Of a DNA stretch of 64,000 nucleotides, positions 1 to 15,100 are shown one piece after another. The stretch is from NCBI GenBank assembly GCA_965655095.1, contig OZ296650.1, forward strand, positions 71,362,001 through 71,426,000, given 5' to 3'. Positions within the stretch are counted from its first letter, which is position 1, and every line of letters begins with the position of its first letter. A model generated the notes under the pieces. It had not been told where the DNA came from. It saw nothing but the letters and a program-made list of their open reading frames with translations, and searched no databases. A program made the position numbers and the translations under genes. The DNA is from Haplodiscus bocki (taxonomy: Eukaryota).

Positions 1-184
1 ACACCGAAGAAGCTTTTCTCCGTAGAATGGCAACAACGTTTGCGACTGTAGTTTCGGCTTCCGCTTCAGATGTGATAGTAATTTGTGCTTGTGCGTTCAT
101 CCCTTTGCCGCCTCCTTTACAGGTGACACCTTCTGCAGCCAGAGCACTCATCCATTGATCAGCTGTTAACTTATTGTGATGCGA
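1..184 (-). CDS. AARS1: AlaRS exon: C-Ala domain (last exon visible, truncated by window)
   Basis: ttttag acceptor then [34 protein letters not shown]... Confidence 0.9.
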
Positions 185-3100
185 CTAAAAATGAAAATGT
201 TTATGCAAGAGCTTTTCATTGAAACAGTTCTACTGGATCCTATACGCTCGAAATCTATTCACATCAAGGTTTTGACAAGGAACCAAAAAATTTGCGGCGT
301 AAAAACTGCGAAATTTAACACGGAAAAAAAATTAGAAACTAAATCGCGCGAAAATTGATTACCTGGTTTTAAAAACCACGTTTTCTATAAAAAATAGTTC
401 AATCTTCGATTAATTGTAGCAAGTGAAAAAATTTGATACTTTACACATTCAATTAATTACTTATTGTTTATGGATAAAAATTCGCTTAAAATAACGCGAT
501 TGCTTCTCTCGGCACGATTTTGCATTGATATGTCTGAGCTCGAAAACATACGCGAATTTTGAAGAACTTTCCCCCGAATTTTTTCGACTTCTGGTTTCGG
601 CGCCGCTATTCAACCATTTAATTAGCTGTTCAAGTTAGTGCCAGTTATTCATAAATTCAAAAATACCCAGTTTCACAACTATTTCAACGGATATGAGTTC
701 TAGCGAAATTTATCAAAATAACGAAACGAGAACTGTCGAAATTTTCTCTACAGTGGGATGCTTTGTCGAAAACTGGAATTCTGTTATTGTTTTCTGAGGA
801 CAAAGTTTCTGCGTGCTTTCAAAAATACCGGTTGAGCGATTACCGAAAAATTAGCAATGTCAAAACCCTGATTCAGAGGAATTGAATGCATTTTGAGATT
901 TCTCTACACTCTGAATATATTGTGACGTCCGAACATAGCGATGACTATTGTTATCAATACAAATGATTAATTTTTGACAACAAATGAAACAGCAAAATCG
1001 GATGAAATTATTTAAGTTATTGAAGTATGCATAAATTGAAACAAATCAAGGTTTTGTACAAATAAGTGTCGAATAAGGGGTCGTTGCTCCATACGCGCAA
1101 CAATACACAAATTTTTGCGGCCATTTCGAAAGTAAAATGCTTTTGCGACTACTGCTTCTGACCGAACAGTTGACTATAATAGGACACAGGATGCTACATA
1201 CAGCTTCAGAAATTTACCTTTTTGATCGGAAAGTTTTTTGAAAGTTTTCCGTGGCGTGAAAATTCTATCTATGCAAATGAATGATTGAAAGCTTTGTCGA
1301 AAGTTCAAATTACATGAAACATTAACACTGATCGGATAAAACGGGTCATCGCTCTAAAAAGATTCCCAAAAACTATTCGTAAAACAAGAATGAATGATGA
1401 TTAACCTTTGGAACGAAAAACATGCACTTTATGATGCTCTTCTCCGTTTGGTTTGAAACCAATGTCACTGGCTTCTCATTGGATTGAGCGGCTCTGTTGA
1501 GAGTCTGCAAACATCAGTGAACTGCATTACGTAACTTGCTTAAAATTTGTCTCGATGAAAATTAGGTCAATTAGAAAGTAGGCTCATTCAAGGCTTCATC
1601 ACCATAGAAGCAATAAAAATAGTTCACTCCCACTACATTTGTTCTTTGTAGCGAAACACAGAAAATATTCACTTTTCGTAGCTCTGACACAGTCCGAAAG
1701 TTTTTGCCGAAACAATTTTGTACATCGCTAAGTAAAAAATCCTATTTTCAAGGGGAAACCAGAGGCGCAACGGGGCACTGTGATATTTTCCGTCAAAGGG
1801 ACTCAGAAATGATTGATCGAACATACATAAAAAAATTGACAGCGGCGCAGCACTTAGGATGTAACGGTTTCGAAAAAAAACAATACGAAGAGCATTTTTT
1901 GGCAGTTTCAGATTGTCGGTTTTCCAATGCGAGTAAAAAAAACCAGACTTAATAGCAATGCAAGTAAATCCACTAACATTCTACAAACAGCTGTCACTAA
2001 GGAACGAGCTGCAAGAAACCGAAACGTTGTTTTGCAGAGATATGACTTTCAATGTTCACAAAACCTAATCCCAATTAACATTTTCGTTTTTTCAGAATAT
2101 CAAGAATCTGATGCAGTATCAAAAAAACGAAGCTGTTATGATCGGAAAACAAAACTGTCGATTCGTACTCGGAGGTATAACAGAAGTCACTTTTGCACAT
2201 TTTCAGAGAAGCGATTTTCAGAAACAGAATAATCACGATACCGAGACTCTTGAATTTTCGGTATTATCGGCTGTCAAAAGCAAGTAACAGAACCGGCGAA
2301 AATTTATTTTAATTATCTTCTACAACAAAATCTGACCAAAGAGACGCTGTTGACTACTTTAAAAGGGGAATTTCAGGGAACAAAATTGGAAAATTACAGA
2401 AAATCATTTCGGTTTTTTTTCGGTACCTTCGGCCTAACACTTTGATTCAGGGAACAAAATCCAATAATGATTTCTGGACAACAGAGTTTGTAAACAGAAC
2501 GTGGTAGAATTGGATTTAAGAAGAAATGCATCCGGTAGTTCAGGAACATTGAGTTTGAATACCACGCACAAACATTACGAAACGCCTCCTTCAGTATTCA
2601 GTACTTTCGGCCAATCGGGATTTCGATGCGAAAAACAAAAAAGGTAATTTGTTATCGATTCCTTCTCTGAAAAAAAAAGAAACCCGTCAATTAAGATCTT
2701 GATGGAAGAAATACAGCGTAGTTTCGGAGAAAAGTGAGTTTGAAACAGAGGAAAATCATTTATTGACAACTTTAGCAGGTTTGGTCTTTCCGCATTGCGA
2801 TGTCAGGAGCCACAAGCAAGATACTAATGTCGAATAAAACTGTACAGATAAAAAGCTGTTCATTGAGACCTTCATGGGACACAAACTGGAAGTTTTGGTA
2901 TTATATGAAATTGATTATTGAGCTACGTCAAACTTAATAGCACTATCTGACGTCTTCGGCTCATCAGGATTCTGATATGGGCACCTAGCCGCAAAAACCA
3001 TTTGCGGAAGTCTTCAGCGAATAGAAAACTTTTGATTGACATTGGTGGAAGTAATGAAACTCGTATTTTTGGATAAATGAGTTTTGAAAATAAAGACATA

Positions 3101-6100
3101 AGGAAACCAATTGCACTTTCTGGCAATTCTGAATTGTCAGATCTTCTATGACTAAAACAGAATTGATGAAACCTCTTGAATATTCGTTAGTAGCAGAAAG
3201 CTGTCGATCTAAACAGCTGCTTGTTTCAGCAAAAGTGAGTTAGCGGAAAAAAACAATTTACATTTTTTTGCAATTTTGTTCAATTACGATTCCGATGTGA
3301 GGTATTATTCCGATGCTCGATTCCGAAGATAACCGAATTATCATCTTAAAATACAAACCTTTTGATTCAGACCCTGTTGGAACAAATCAAACTAGTTTGG
3401 GAGATATATCAGTTTGAATATCGAGACATGTTAATAAATGCACTTTACGGCAAAATTTTGGCGATCAGATTTCCGATGCCCGGAGCAAAGTATATTTTAT
3501 GTTTCTAATCATCGACAACAAGTAGAAGGCTGTCGATTGAGACCCTGATGGAAGAAACGGAGAGGATGATCCGGGAGAAGAATTTCAATGGAATGAAAAA
3601 TCATCATTAGCACTTTTTGGCATTTTGGTCCCATCAGGTTTCTGTTGCATTTTCGCCTTTCACGCACAATAGGGATCGCACAAACAATTAGATGTTCACG
3701 AAACCTATTCGGTTCCAAAATTTGCTTCCAGAGACTAAACCACGGTAGCGAGAAGGCGTACCGCATAACGGGGAAAAGTTCATATTTTGATAATTTTTCA
3801 ATTAATTTACCTTTTCATTTGGAATAAAATTGAAATTCTTTCTCGCTATTTCAAAAATCGAAATTTTTTTCCCCAGTTCTACCAAAATATTCTGAAAAAA
3901 AAACGAAAAATTTCAGTTGCTCATGAAAATGACGAATTTTTGAGAAAATATGAACCATTTGTTTATAAATCCTAAATATTACCAAAAAAAAACAGTGTTC
4001 GCTGTAAAAGTTGGAAAAATATATTAAAGTTTCCGATAACATGAAAAAGTGGCTAGCAGAAGGATTCGAACTCATCACCTGCGTGTCCTACTTCAGCGCG
4101 ATGATGATGCACAAATGTATTGTGTAACGTACTGCGCAGTCAGCAACAATCTCCGCTGATATCGGCAAATTCTGGACAAGGAAAATTGGTTACTGAATTG
4201 AATATTTTCCTTTCGATTTTTTTTGGAAAGATGATAAACTGCGGGCAGCTCAGCACTGATATGCCAGACTAGAGCAATTTCAAAGCAAAATTAACTCGAA
4301 AAGAGCGAAAGTTGGAAAAATTCTTCAGGGGAAAATATCAAAACTTTTCGATCACAGCCAGGGTGTAGTTAAGTACACTGCTGAAATTGGACAAATGAGA
4401 ACCTAAACGCCAAGATAAAGTACTTCAAATATGAAGAAGCATCATAAAAAGAGCAACAAAACCTCTCGAATTCCAAGTTAATTCGCAAAGCCCTACTGGA
4501 AAACTATCGGAATGCAAAAAACCTAGTATGTGACATATTGGAGTCTCCCTGTTCTACCAGTATGAAAGATAGGCATATTGAAGCCAGTCACCACGATATA
4601 GCAATCTTGATTTGAAGAGACGTCATGAAAAGTGCCAGAAACCGCTCCCTTTACAACAGTAGCCTTTAAGACTTGGAAAAAATTAGACCGCGTACATAAA
4701 TTAATTTTCGACAAAACGGAGGTTACTTGCTGTGCACATTTAAACTTTAGATAATTTAGAATCCTGGATGCCAACAAATGATACATCAAAAAAAGACTTA
4801 AAATTGCTTGCTTTTCACGTTCCTTCCACAAAAAAAAAGCATCAGAGAAGTTTCTGTCCATCCCAGAAAGTTATCACATGAAGTACTGAGGTCAGAACTT
4901 CAGCAAATCACTAATTGGTCCAAAACTGACTTTTCGGTGAGTAATTAACAGGCCCCTGTACCAACACAAAATTCAGAAATTTCGATTGAAAATCATGATT
5001 TTTCAACTTCTTTCGCAAAAAAATAAAGTTTCGGAAGATTACCAAACTGCAATAAAGGAAGGTGCAAAGCTTGGTAATAGTGGGCATACCAAAACGCATA
5101 AAATATTGCCTGACATTTTTCTACTAAAAACCTACCAGACATTTTAATTTACATAAACTTCTTCCACAAACCTACTGAAAAAATTCGCATCACAAAACAA
5201 ATGGACCCATTTTTATTCCATTGTAAAGTACACTCTTATCATAATGTAATCGAAATTTTAAGTAGGTGTCACAGCAAGAGTATAAAAATCACAACGCTCG
5301 AATTCGGACAAGCAATAGGCTTCCAAACACCTCTGCTCACCTAAAATCCTAAAACAGTAACAACTAGCCTGAAATAATTCTCGATAGATAAAAACGAGAC
5401 AAACATATTCAAAAATGCCCGAAGAATGCCTCCCTGATTTGTGGCCCTCTAGCAACTCAAAGTGGAAACCACTGAACGTGAATTCCTGGAGTCTATTGTA
5501 AGTGGAACCTAAAGAACGTGGGAACAAAGGAGCAACAGCTGACGTAAAGTAAAATCAGTGGATTCTCACATATCCACATAGCCAGGTCTGGAAAAAACAG
5601 ACACGCCCGCATTTTAAGAATATCTTCACCTGCGCTTTCGATATTTAAAACTAAATATTGATTCAATTTCTTCCCGACCATTGTCGTCTCGCATCATCTG
5701 AACGTCGAAAGTACGCTTACAGAATCAGGGGTAGAAATTAGGTAATAGTCTTTTATCCGGTGAAATGTTAGATGCGGTTTCAGCCGTTCAGACTACTTGT
5801 TTCGATCTCGGGAGATTCAAAGGCCAGATCCATCATAGCTTCCTCATGATTGAAACTTGAAAGCACTAAACGTTTCTACTTTCTGCGAAGGACTCAAGTG
5901 ATAAAACCCACCTTGTCGTCCGTCGAATTAGGTGCCACATGAACTAAAAAGCAGCAGCTGTCCTCCTCCAACGTTGTTTTGATGGTGGCGCTCAAACAAG
6001 ATGCCGCTTCCTGGGAACTTTTTCTATCCATTTCGGCCAATTTTTTCCGTCCACTTATCACCTCTTTCCCAATTTCACGTTTCACACATTGCGATATCGT

Positions 6101-9100
6101 CAAAGTATCAATGTCCTAAAATGAACCATTAAAATACACGTCAAACCAAAATAGCGCCTCCGGTAATAACATGGCTGCAAGGTCATGAAGCAAGAACAAA
6201 ATTCAACGTTTCACACTTGAACCGTCAAACCAAGCTTGGTTGAAAATTGATGAAAGTTCACATATTTTCAGCGAACAATGTTCATCACCCTAAATAGACT
6301 CGCTCTTCATGAATGAAATTAAGATCTTCGAAACTATTTCAATGCCATCAACCCAAGATTTAAAACGAACACCAACCAGTGATGAATGATTTTAACTTGA
6401 CCCTCTAGAACATTCAGAAATCAGAAAATGATATATTAAACGAGTTTTTCCTCACCTGTTTGAGTGCTACGAACTCGCAATCCAGTTGTTTTATTCTGCC
6501 CAAATCATTATACTGATCCTGTGGCAGTCTTTTTTCGATGTCTTTTAGACGTTGCATTAACGTTTCCCCAGTAACCAAAGCCTAAAATGACTCAATATAC
6601 TGAACAAGCCAAGAATAAGCCGGCGCCTCCCAATGCTCAAAATACTCGTTGGGGAGCCCCTGTGTTCAATAGTTTTTCTTTTCAAGAATAGTCTGCATAC
6701 CAAACGGAAGTTTAAAAGTCTCTAGATTTTCTACCAGCATTCTCGTAGCACTTTTGGGAGGATAGTTGAGAGTGGGCCCTAGTTCAATTATCTTATTTTC
6801 AACAATGAAGCGTCCAAAGTATAATCAACTCGTTGAGGTTGTCAGATAATCGAGGGACAACTGGGCACGCAGATTTGGTAGTTTAAGTTAGGTTTATCAA
6901 ATGAAAACTTTACCGAAGACTGGAAAAAAACGGTCGGTTCGAAGCCAGAAGTCTCACAAAAAAATTACTGCAATGGTCGGCCTCTTCTTTGTGTTAAGCG
7001 CCGACTAAAATCATCCAAAAAAAAATTCATAAAAGTCAGTAGGAATGAGGAAAATTCAGCTAACCTCTCTGGCTCGGTTACCAGTGACGGCAAGGATTCT
7101 TCTTACTCCTTTCGAAATAGCTTCTTCCGATATCAGAACAAATTGCTCAATGTGACCTATGTTTCTCACATGTCTTAAAAAAATTAAACAACTGAGAACA
7201 TCCCAGAAGTACACCTACAATGCTTACGCAACATGCATGAAGTTACGAGGCTCATCGACATTTTCCTGAAGAGACCGGGTTGACTGCCATGGTCAAACAT
7301 GACGATCATGCTATGACATGGTATGATCATGGTGATTCATACTCCCCATGGTATGATCATGGTAAGATCATGTCATGGTCATCATCAAATATAGCATGAT
7401 CATGGCATGGCCGTCGTAGAAACTAGCATGATGATGCCATGGTGACCATGCTCATTATTATAACGTAGTCAGGATGCTAATTATTCAGCCAACTTTGTTA
7501 ATTAGTTATGATCATGGCAAGATCATGGCATGGCGGCCATGTTTTTCCAACCCGGTAAGTCATGAGCCAAGTCATATACTCATTATTGCCTCTATTCAAA
7601 TATTAATCCTAAATGAGACTTACGTTCCACCACAGAACTCGACTGAGTTTTTAAAAGCGTCAACATCTCCAGTTTGACTCACAAGTTTGTCAATCTCTGC
7701 ACCAACGGAGAGCACTCTAACTGGGTCAGGATAAGTCTCGCCAAACATAGCTCTGAGACCCTAAAAATAAAGCCTCCAAGACGGCTGGGCATTTGGGTAA
7801 ACCAACGACTTATTAAATGTAATCGAAAATCTCATTTCGTAACTTTCTGCCAATATATATTCTATTGCATCAGCGGGCAGAGGAAATCAAGTTGTACTAA
7901 CCTGAATAGCTTTGCCCTTAGCCAGAGGTACAACTTGAGCAAAAACGGGCAATTTGTTCTGAATTAACTTGTTCACAATGAGCTCGACCTCTGCAACTTG
8001 TTCGTCTGTCATAGCACCTTTTGCAGTGAAATCAAATCGAAGATACTCAGGGGCAACCAAAGAACCCTTCTGGTCTGATTCAGCCCCAAGCACCGTCCTC
8101 AAAGCGAAGTTTAAAAGATGAGTAGCGGTGTGGTTATTCATTGTGGGACGCCTCCTTTCCTATGAAAATACACTAATATTTTACGAAATACGCATCAAGA
8201 CTTGGGAAACGTTCGGCAACGCTGAGATGGCAATAGCCTGAGATGGTAATAGATTGCAGTCAAATAATTTGGGATAGAAAAAAATTCAAGAAAAAGTGCT
8301 TCACACTAAACACAACTTTTTTACACGCTGGCACAAGTTTAAGTTACGCTCCTCAGATAAATAAATGTCAACCAAACAATCTCTCTCATCATTATGAAGC
8401 ATTTCTTGAAACAAAAACATTTTCGACAGTCCACGCATAGATATATCCTACCCCCCCCCCCCCCTGAATACTTCTGAAGAGTTACTTTTGAACTAACTTC
8501 GTCAATGAGTGTTTTGACTCTGTCTCCGATTGACAAAGTTCCTGATTGCACCTGACCCACATGCAGAACATAACCAGCATGAACTTGCACGTTAGATACT
8601 CTGAAACTTGTCCCAACTCCTTCAGCGCAATCGACAAAAAGGAGGCCCTGGTCAAAAATTTGACCTCCTGACTCGGCGTAGAAGTTTGTAGAATCAAGTA
8701 AAACGCCGCATTCATCTCCAGTAGCAGCACATGCGCACATATCTTTATTCTTAATGATTGCCAACACAGTGCCTTCACTGGATGCAAAATCTGAAATCAG
8801 CACCGGCTTGCATAAACGCAGGTAAGTCATTTTTTGCATTATTAAACCAATTTTTGATGATGATAAGAGGTATTATCTAGAGTAGGAACATCGGAGACTT
8901 TATGGGAGACAACGCTGAAACGCGAAATTCGTTGAAGTGTGTGTTAGAATTCGTCGCGGATCATTTAACAATTCCACTCTTAATTGGAAGATTTTTGAAT
9001 CATATAAGATCGCCATACTTCTGAACATACTAACCATAAATTCCATCCATGTCAGCGGAATAAATATATTTTGGACTGTCGTCGGTTTTTACGACCTTCT

Positions 9101-12100
9101 TGAGCTCCAACTCGCTAATGGCGTGAACGTCTAAAGTTATTGTTTCTCCTTCGGTTTTTCCTTCCCCTTTGCTTACAGCCTAAAATCAATACTTTGATTT
9201 TTCATCACATCAAACTTTGGGTTAACGAATGAATAAATTAAACTTGACCTCAGCTGTTTAAAGTTTTTGTGATCTTTAATTTTCAATCACATTCTGCATT
9301 TCCTATTCCATTCAGGTCATTTTATTACTTTCAAAGTATTAGCCTCGAAGTCAATTTCACTACCTACGAGAACAAAGAAGCTTGGACATTTCTTATGTCT
9401 TCTTGGATTTTGAGCGGAATTTATTTCTTGTTAAGTAGTGTATTGTATTGATCGGTACTAAAAAATCGTGTATAGTCCAATCGAGAAATCGTGAGAACGA
9501 GATCCTATCCGGTAATCCTGAATATCTTTGATCAGTCGGTATTTTCCGGTATGAAAATTTTATGGAAGAATATCACTTATGTTAGTCGTTGGCGGTCAAC
9601 GGTACGTCGTAATAATCTCTTCCAGTTGATACCGTGTCCGGGCATAATACAGGAATTCAGAAAAGTCAAGCCAAAATTTGGCGAAAATTTCGAAAGGATA
9701 GCTTCTGGTTTGCCTTATTTAGTACCTTATTGTTTGATTTGCTGGATAATTTTTTTTTGTAATCCGTGTATTTTATCATGCCTTTTCCATTAATAGTGTA
9801 CGATAATTTTCGTGTATTTGTTCCGGTATCGCATATCGGTGTAATACATTGTTTCCAACGCACAATTGACATCAGCAATGATCAAAAGTTTGTTTCCTAG
9901 GTGTGATCATCTATGCAATTAGCGGCGAAGTACTAGACAACTTTTGTATTTGAATCCTTGAATGTTCGTATCTGAAATGGGAGAAACTCTCTAAAGAAAT
10001 AAAGTTCAAAATAGTCCGATTTAATTTTAAGCTTTAAGCAGACCACGAAACGTCAAGAAAAAATAAGAATGAGTTTTGTTATACTCTTTTCAACTAAAAA
10101 ACGATTTTACGTGACAAGTATGTCAATTAGAGTTGACAATAGCTACTCGATTTTCGACCTCCTATTAAAATGAAGTTTCAGTTAAATTCATGACTTAAGA
10201 ATAAATAGCAAGCAAGTTAAAATAGAAACATGATTTTTTGACACCCTAAGCAGCTCTACTTGGCTTGTTTCAAATTTTTTTAGGCAATCAAAACTGTTGC
10301 AACAATCTAATATTCGCGGAAACCTACAAATTACAAAAAACATTTGCACCTATAAAAAACGTCTGAAAATTGTTTACGGAATTTGTTTGTGCATGTAATT
10401 TCCATCATGCACTGATCTGCTTGCTACTTAAGCTATTCTGGAACTGCTCCGTTCAAATCTGACCTCTGAAAAGCTCTCGATATGCTGAATATAATTGAAA
10501 CGCATGTTGTTTAAACTTCAACATTTATATGAACGTCTACTAATGTTATCTCAAGCTTCGATGCTGAAGAAAGAGTCTTGATAGTTTTAATACATTGAAA
10601 TTCTGGCAGTAACCTTGCATTAGAGTTTCAATAGATTGTTAAGAAATTTCATTTCGAGATGCACCCCAAGTGCCTCGATTCAGACGCAGTAAAATTTCAA
10701 CTATGGTGAAAATATTCAAACTTCGACTGCGCACGCCATATTTGGCAGTATATTCTTGCAAAAATAGATAACATTCAGTAGAAAACTCTGATTATTCGTG
10801 AAAAAATATTATTTCAAAAAACGACTTTTTGATTTCAAAACTCCTTTCAACGAAACCGCTGCTGAAAATAGTGCACTTCTTGCTGTGACATGCATATGCA
10901 ATGCAATTTACTAAAAACGTATTCAAATAGAAATGTCGACTCACGATGGAATGGTTCTTGGCTTTTTCGAAACCTTCCTGGTCAATTGCTAAGCCCTTTT
11001 CTTCAGCCATCAGTGTCGTCAAATCAACAGGAAATCCATAAGTCTCATAAAGCCTCCACACAAGGTGACCTGCAACAATTCACAACGCTGTCAGAGACAC
11101 TTTCCGAAAAAATGATCTGAATACTGAGAAAACTAATGATCATAGTCATATCCTAACATTGGCACGGTTGCACAAAAACATGAGCGTGTTTCAAAGCAAA
11201 ACGTGTCCACTTCAATTTCAACAATCCGACTATAATTGAACGGTGTCGAAACTGAAAAACCAAGGAAAATTAATCAGAAGGCAAATTTTTATCGATTGCT
11301 AAATTAATTGTCTTAATTCACTTCTCAAAAGTATGAGCAAAGTACGTGACATCTTTGTGAAAAGGAGGCGTTTATTTTACATTTAGAACCTAAACTTCCG
11401 CGCGATTCGACCACAAAATTACATTAGTTGAAAATGAAGCCCGTCTGGATATCAAAGTCAACAATTTTTGGCAGTCACGATTCAGCCGGACGAACTTCGA
11501 CGTCAGAACATGCCCAAAAAATCTCTAAGAAGCCTGCAAATACAACGAAGGTTGTCAAAATTAAATATGAAGATTTTATTGAAGCTGAAAACAACATCTT
11601 TTTTCTTCGCCACCACAGCAGCGGACCTTTCGCCACTCAAAGGTTTGGAGTTTTAGATCGTAGAAGTGCACCGTTGAGCGGCGAAAGCTGTGGACAGATT
11701 TTTTTATAAACTCACTTTAAAACTCGCAATAGCACTCTTTTGGGTATACCAAATTTTTCTAAAATACATAACTTTATAAACATAAAAGAGGTCCTAATAC
11801 GATTATTTTGAGTATTACAGTCGTCGTTTGCAGATTTTCTCATCTTTCTATCATCTTCACCATCCTTTATCAATTATACTGCATCTTTTTCCTGATTCCC
11901 CACTTTTTTACAAGGGGTGAATGTGCTCGTTATATTGACAAAAAGACTGCAACGTGCAGCGTATTGGAGTCTGAATTTTTTTTTGTCTACGGCTTAATTT
12001 ACTAAGCTTTCAGAATTTTTATTGCTTGCTCGGCTTTCCAACGATAATGAAAAAATAACCAGAACCGGCTCTGCCCGCAAAGCTCAAAATATGTGTTTCT

Positions 12101-15100
12101 GGGACCTGTGGATGTTTCGGTTATTGGTTATTTCTCAAGAAAGGCAGCACACTCAAGGAAAATACAGTAAGAACTTGAACTTCAGCCACCATTTGCGCAA
12201 AATTTCTTGGATGTATAATCGAGAGCGATCATTGGCCGAGAGTGGCCCCGACTTCCATCATCTTATTTTTAACAATGAAGTGTAATCATTTTCTCGAAAT
12301 TGGCATATAACCGAATTTGTCGGTTATTTACTCCAGCTAAACATAAGTTGGCAAAAGTTGCGTATAATCGCGGGATAGCTGGGGTTATCATTATCGTGCT
12401 TACAACATACGAAATCAGAATGTGCAAGAGGGGGGAATCAAGAAAATTTTCATAGTTTCCCTGTCGAAACTTTTCTGTCTTTACTCAAAAAGGTGTATCA
12501 CGAGCATTCTGGCATTTGAGACGTTCAATGTTGCATGGGAGGAACAGATTACCGCAAAATTGCAACTCTAAAATTTAATCGATTCGAAGTGGCATCTGTT
12601 GTCCTACGAAAAGTAATTGCAATAGTTGGCATCTTTATTTTTAGTAAAGGGAGCCGGAAATTCCATTACCAAAAAGCACAGAGGCAAAGCTGCGTCTCGC
12701 ACAGATTTGCTCCAAACAAGGCAAAGCTTGCATCGATAGACGGCATTCCGAAAAGGATAAAAAGTTCTTGAAAAAATTGTTCCACAAAAGCCCAAAAATT
12801 GGATATAGTAGCTGCACATTGGGAATCCAACGTAAATTTCGAGCAGAAGGGTAATTGAATAAGCACTACATGGTTGTACTCCGATTAAAAGTTTCAGCGG
12901 AAAACAGGTTTTAACACAGAGGCGAAGCGGAACTTCGCAACACAGTTTGACTTCTCAGTTGAGATCAAAGATAAAGTTCACAAATCAAAAGTCCTCAGAA
13001 ATATTTGCACCTTGATGGGATACCTGATTGACACATTTAGAAATACTACACCAGATGTCTGTCAAAAAGTTGTTCCAAAAAATCTAAATGAAATAAGAAC
13101 TTCTCACATTATCTGATATTCGAAAAGTTGATTTGTCAGTTATGGTTTTATAGATTCGCTATTTTGCAGCCAATGTTCAAGTAAGACTTGACAGTAAACA
13201 ACGCCAAAAAGAACAAAACTACAGGTCCTAAAAAACGTTACATGAAAAAAATTCAGCTCTCAAAACGGCTAATATTAGTCAATAAGACGTCAAAGCAACT
13301 TCAAAGTTCTTTCTATCTCCGATGTCTTGTCTACTAATATTAACCGTTTTGAGGTCTAAAATTATACATGTAACAAATTTTGGGGACACTTTTTACATTG
13401 CACACACCCTCTCAACCAAAACATTGTTATGTGAAACAATACCTTTTAGAACACTGTTGTTCACTTTTCAGAAAGCCAAAATTAACAAGTACCTGCAAAG
13501 ATTTTCAAAAAGGGCCCTTTTTGACCGTTTAGACTAGATGACTAGACTCTCTGATGACGTCAAAGTATGCAAAGTTTTGGAGAGGATAAAAAAAACTATG
13601 CATAAGTCGGTTTCCAATACACATTCTTACTTTCACTCAGATTGTGTACAAACAGTAGCGAGTAAAACCTTTTCAAATTCCGGAACTCAAAAAAAACACA
13701 GAGGCAAAGCGGAACTTTGCAGCACGTTCTGACTTCAGTCAAGATTACGGATCAGGGAAGACAATTGAAACAAAGATCGGAGAGGTGATTGACATCAGCT
13801 CTCAAGCAAGAGTCAAACTGGCACATATACCTGTCACGGTCTCTTACTTAGAAAGTTGGTATCTCAATCATGTGTCATCACTTACACCATTTCGTTGCCC
13901 AATGTTCACAAAGTTTGTACAGTAAACAATGCGAAAATGAACAAGTAAAAATGACAGTGTCATTCAAAAAATACATATTTTCACCGTATCTTTTCAGTTT
14001 GCGCCATTCTGCTGTCAATGTTTAGGAAGTTTGCACAGAAAGGAACGCGTCAATGAACAAGTACCTACTTTGGGGTCTCATTCGAAAAACTGGTCATGTC
14101 AATCAATTTTCTCTAAAGTGAAGCCAATTTGCAGTCCAATGTTTGATAAATGCACTGTACACAACGCAAACAGCAGAGCATCCGGCCAGCAGAGCACACC
14201 TTGTTCTTGTCATTAACCACTACCTACAACCTCGACCTTACCAGAAGCGGAACACCTCCTATTCAACTTGAGCAAATTGTTTACACCATATCAAGACAAA
14301 AACAAGAATCGACCGTAACAAGTAGGCGGTTTGCAAACTTAATGATTTTTCGGAAAATAGAAAACAGGATAAAAACAAGAACTGGTCATAAGCCGGTTTC
14401 AATACGCATTCATCCTTTCAGTCAGAATGTGCATTTAATTACCAAAACAAGAACCGAAAAAAAGCTCCCGCTCGTCGGCAAAAATTCCAGCAAACGCGTG
14501 ATTTAAAAAGCATAGGGTGGTACCAAAACAAATACCAAAAGATGGCGACCAAAAACCTTTCGCAGCTAAAAAACAATAAAATTCGTGAGGAAAACGTGAA
14601 AGAAAAAATTTTCTCCCAGCGACAGATTGATAAAAAAGTATTGCATCGCTGCACTTTGGTCAATATCTTCCTGAAAACACGTTTGAAAAAAGAAGCATGC
14701 ATTTTGTTTTGAAAATTCGAATTACCAGTCACCATGATTTGCGGACAAAAGATAACTTGGTCCTCCCAGCTACTTAGTGATATCTCCACTTCGCAATCGT
14801 GGACTCAAAACGCACCCGGCGAATTCTGCCGAACAATTTGGAAAAGGCAGCGTGAACAAATTTTGCGACGGCTGCGGAACGGCATGAAATTTAGGGGACA
14901 AACTATGACATAGCATGAACAAATTGGCAACACCGCTTGATTCAATAAGTTGCTGGAATTGCGCGTTGTCGAAATTCGGGAAAAGTAAGCCTGATTGCAC
15001 AACATTTGGCTGTGCAACAGAAACAAAAGCTGAGCTGCGTTTCACAAACACTTGCCGAGACATTTGAAAAATGATAATTGAACATGCTGCAATGAGAGAT

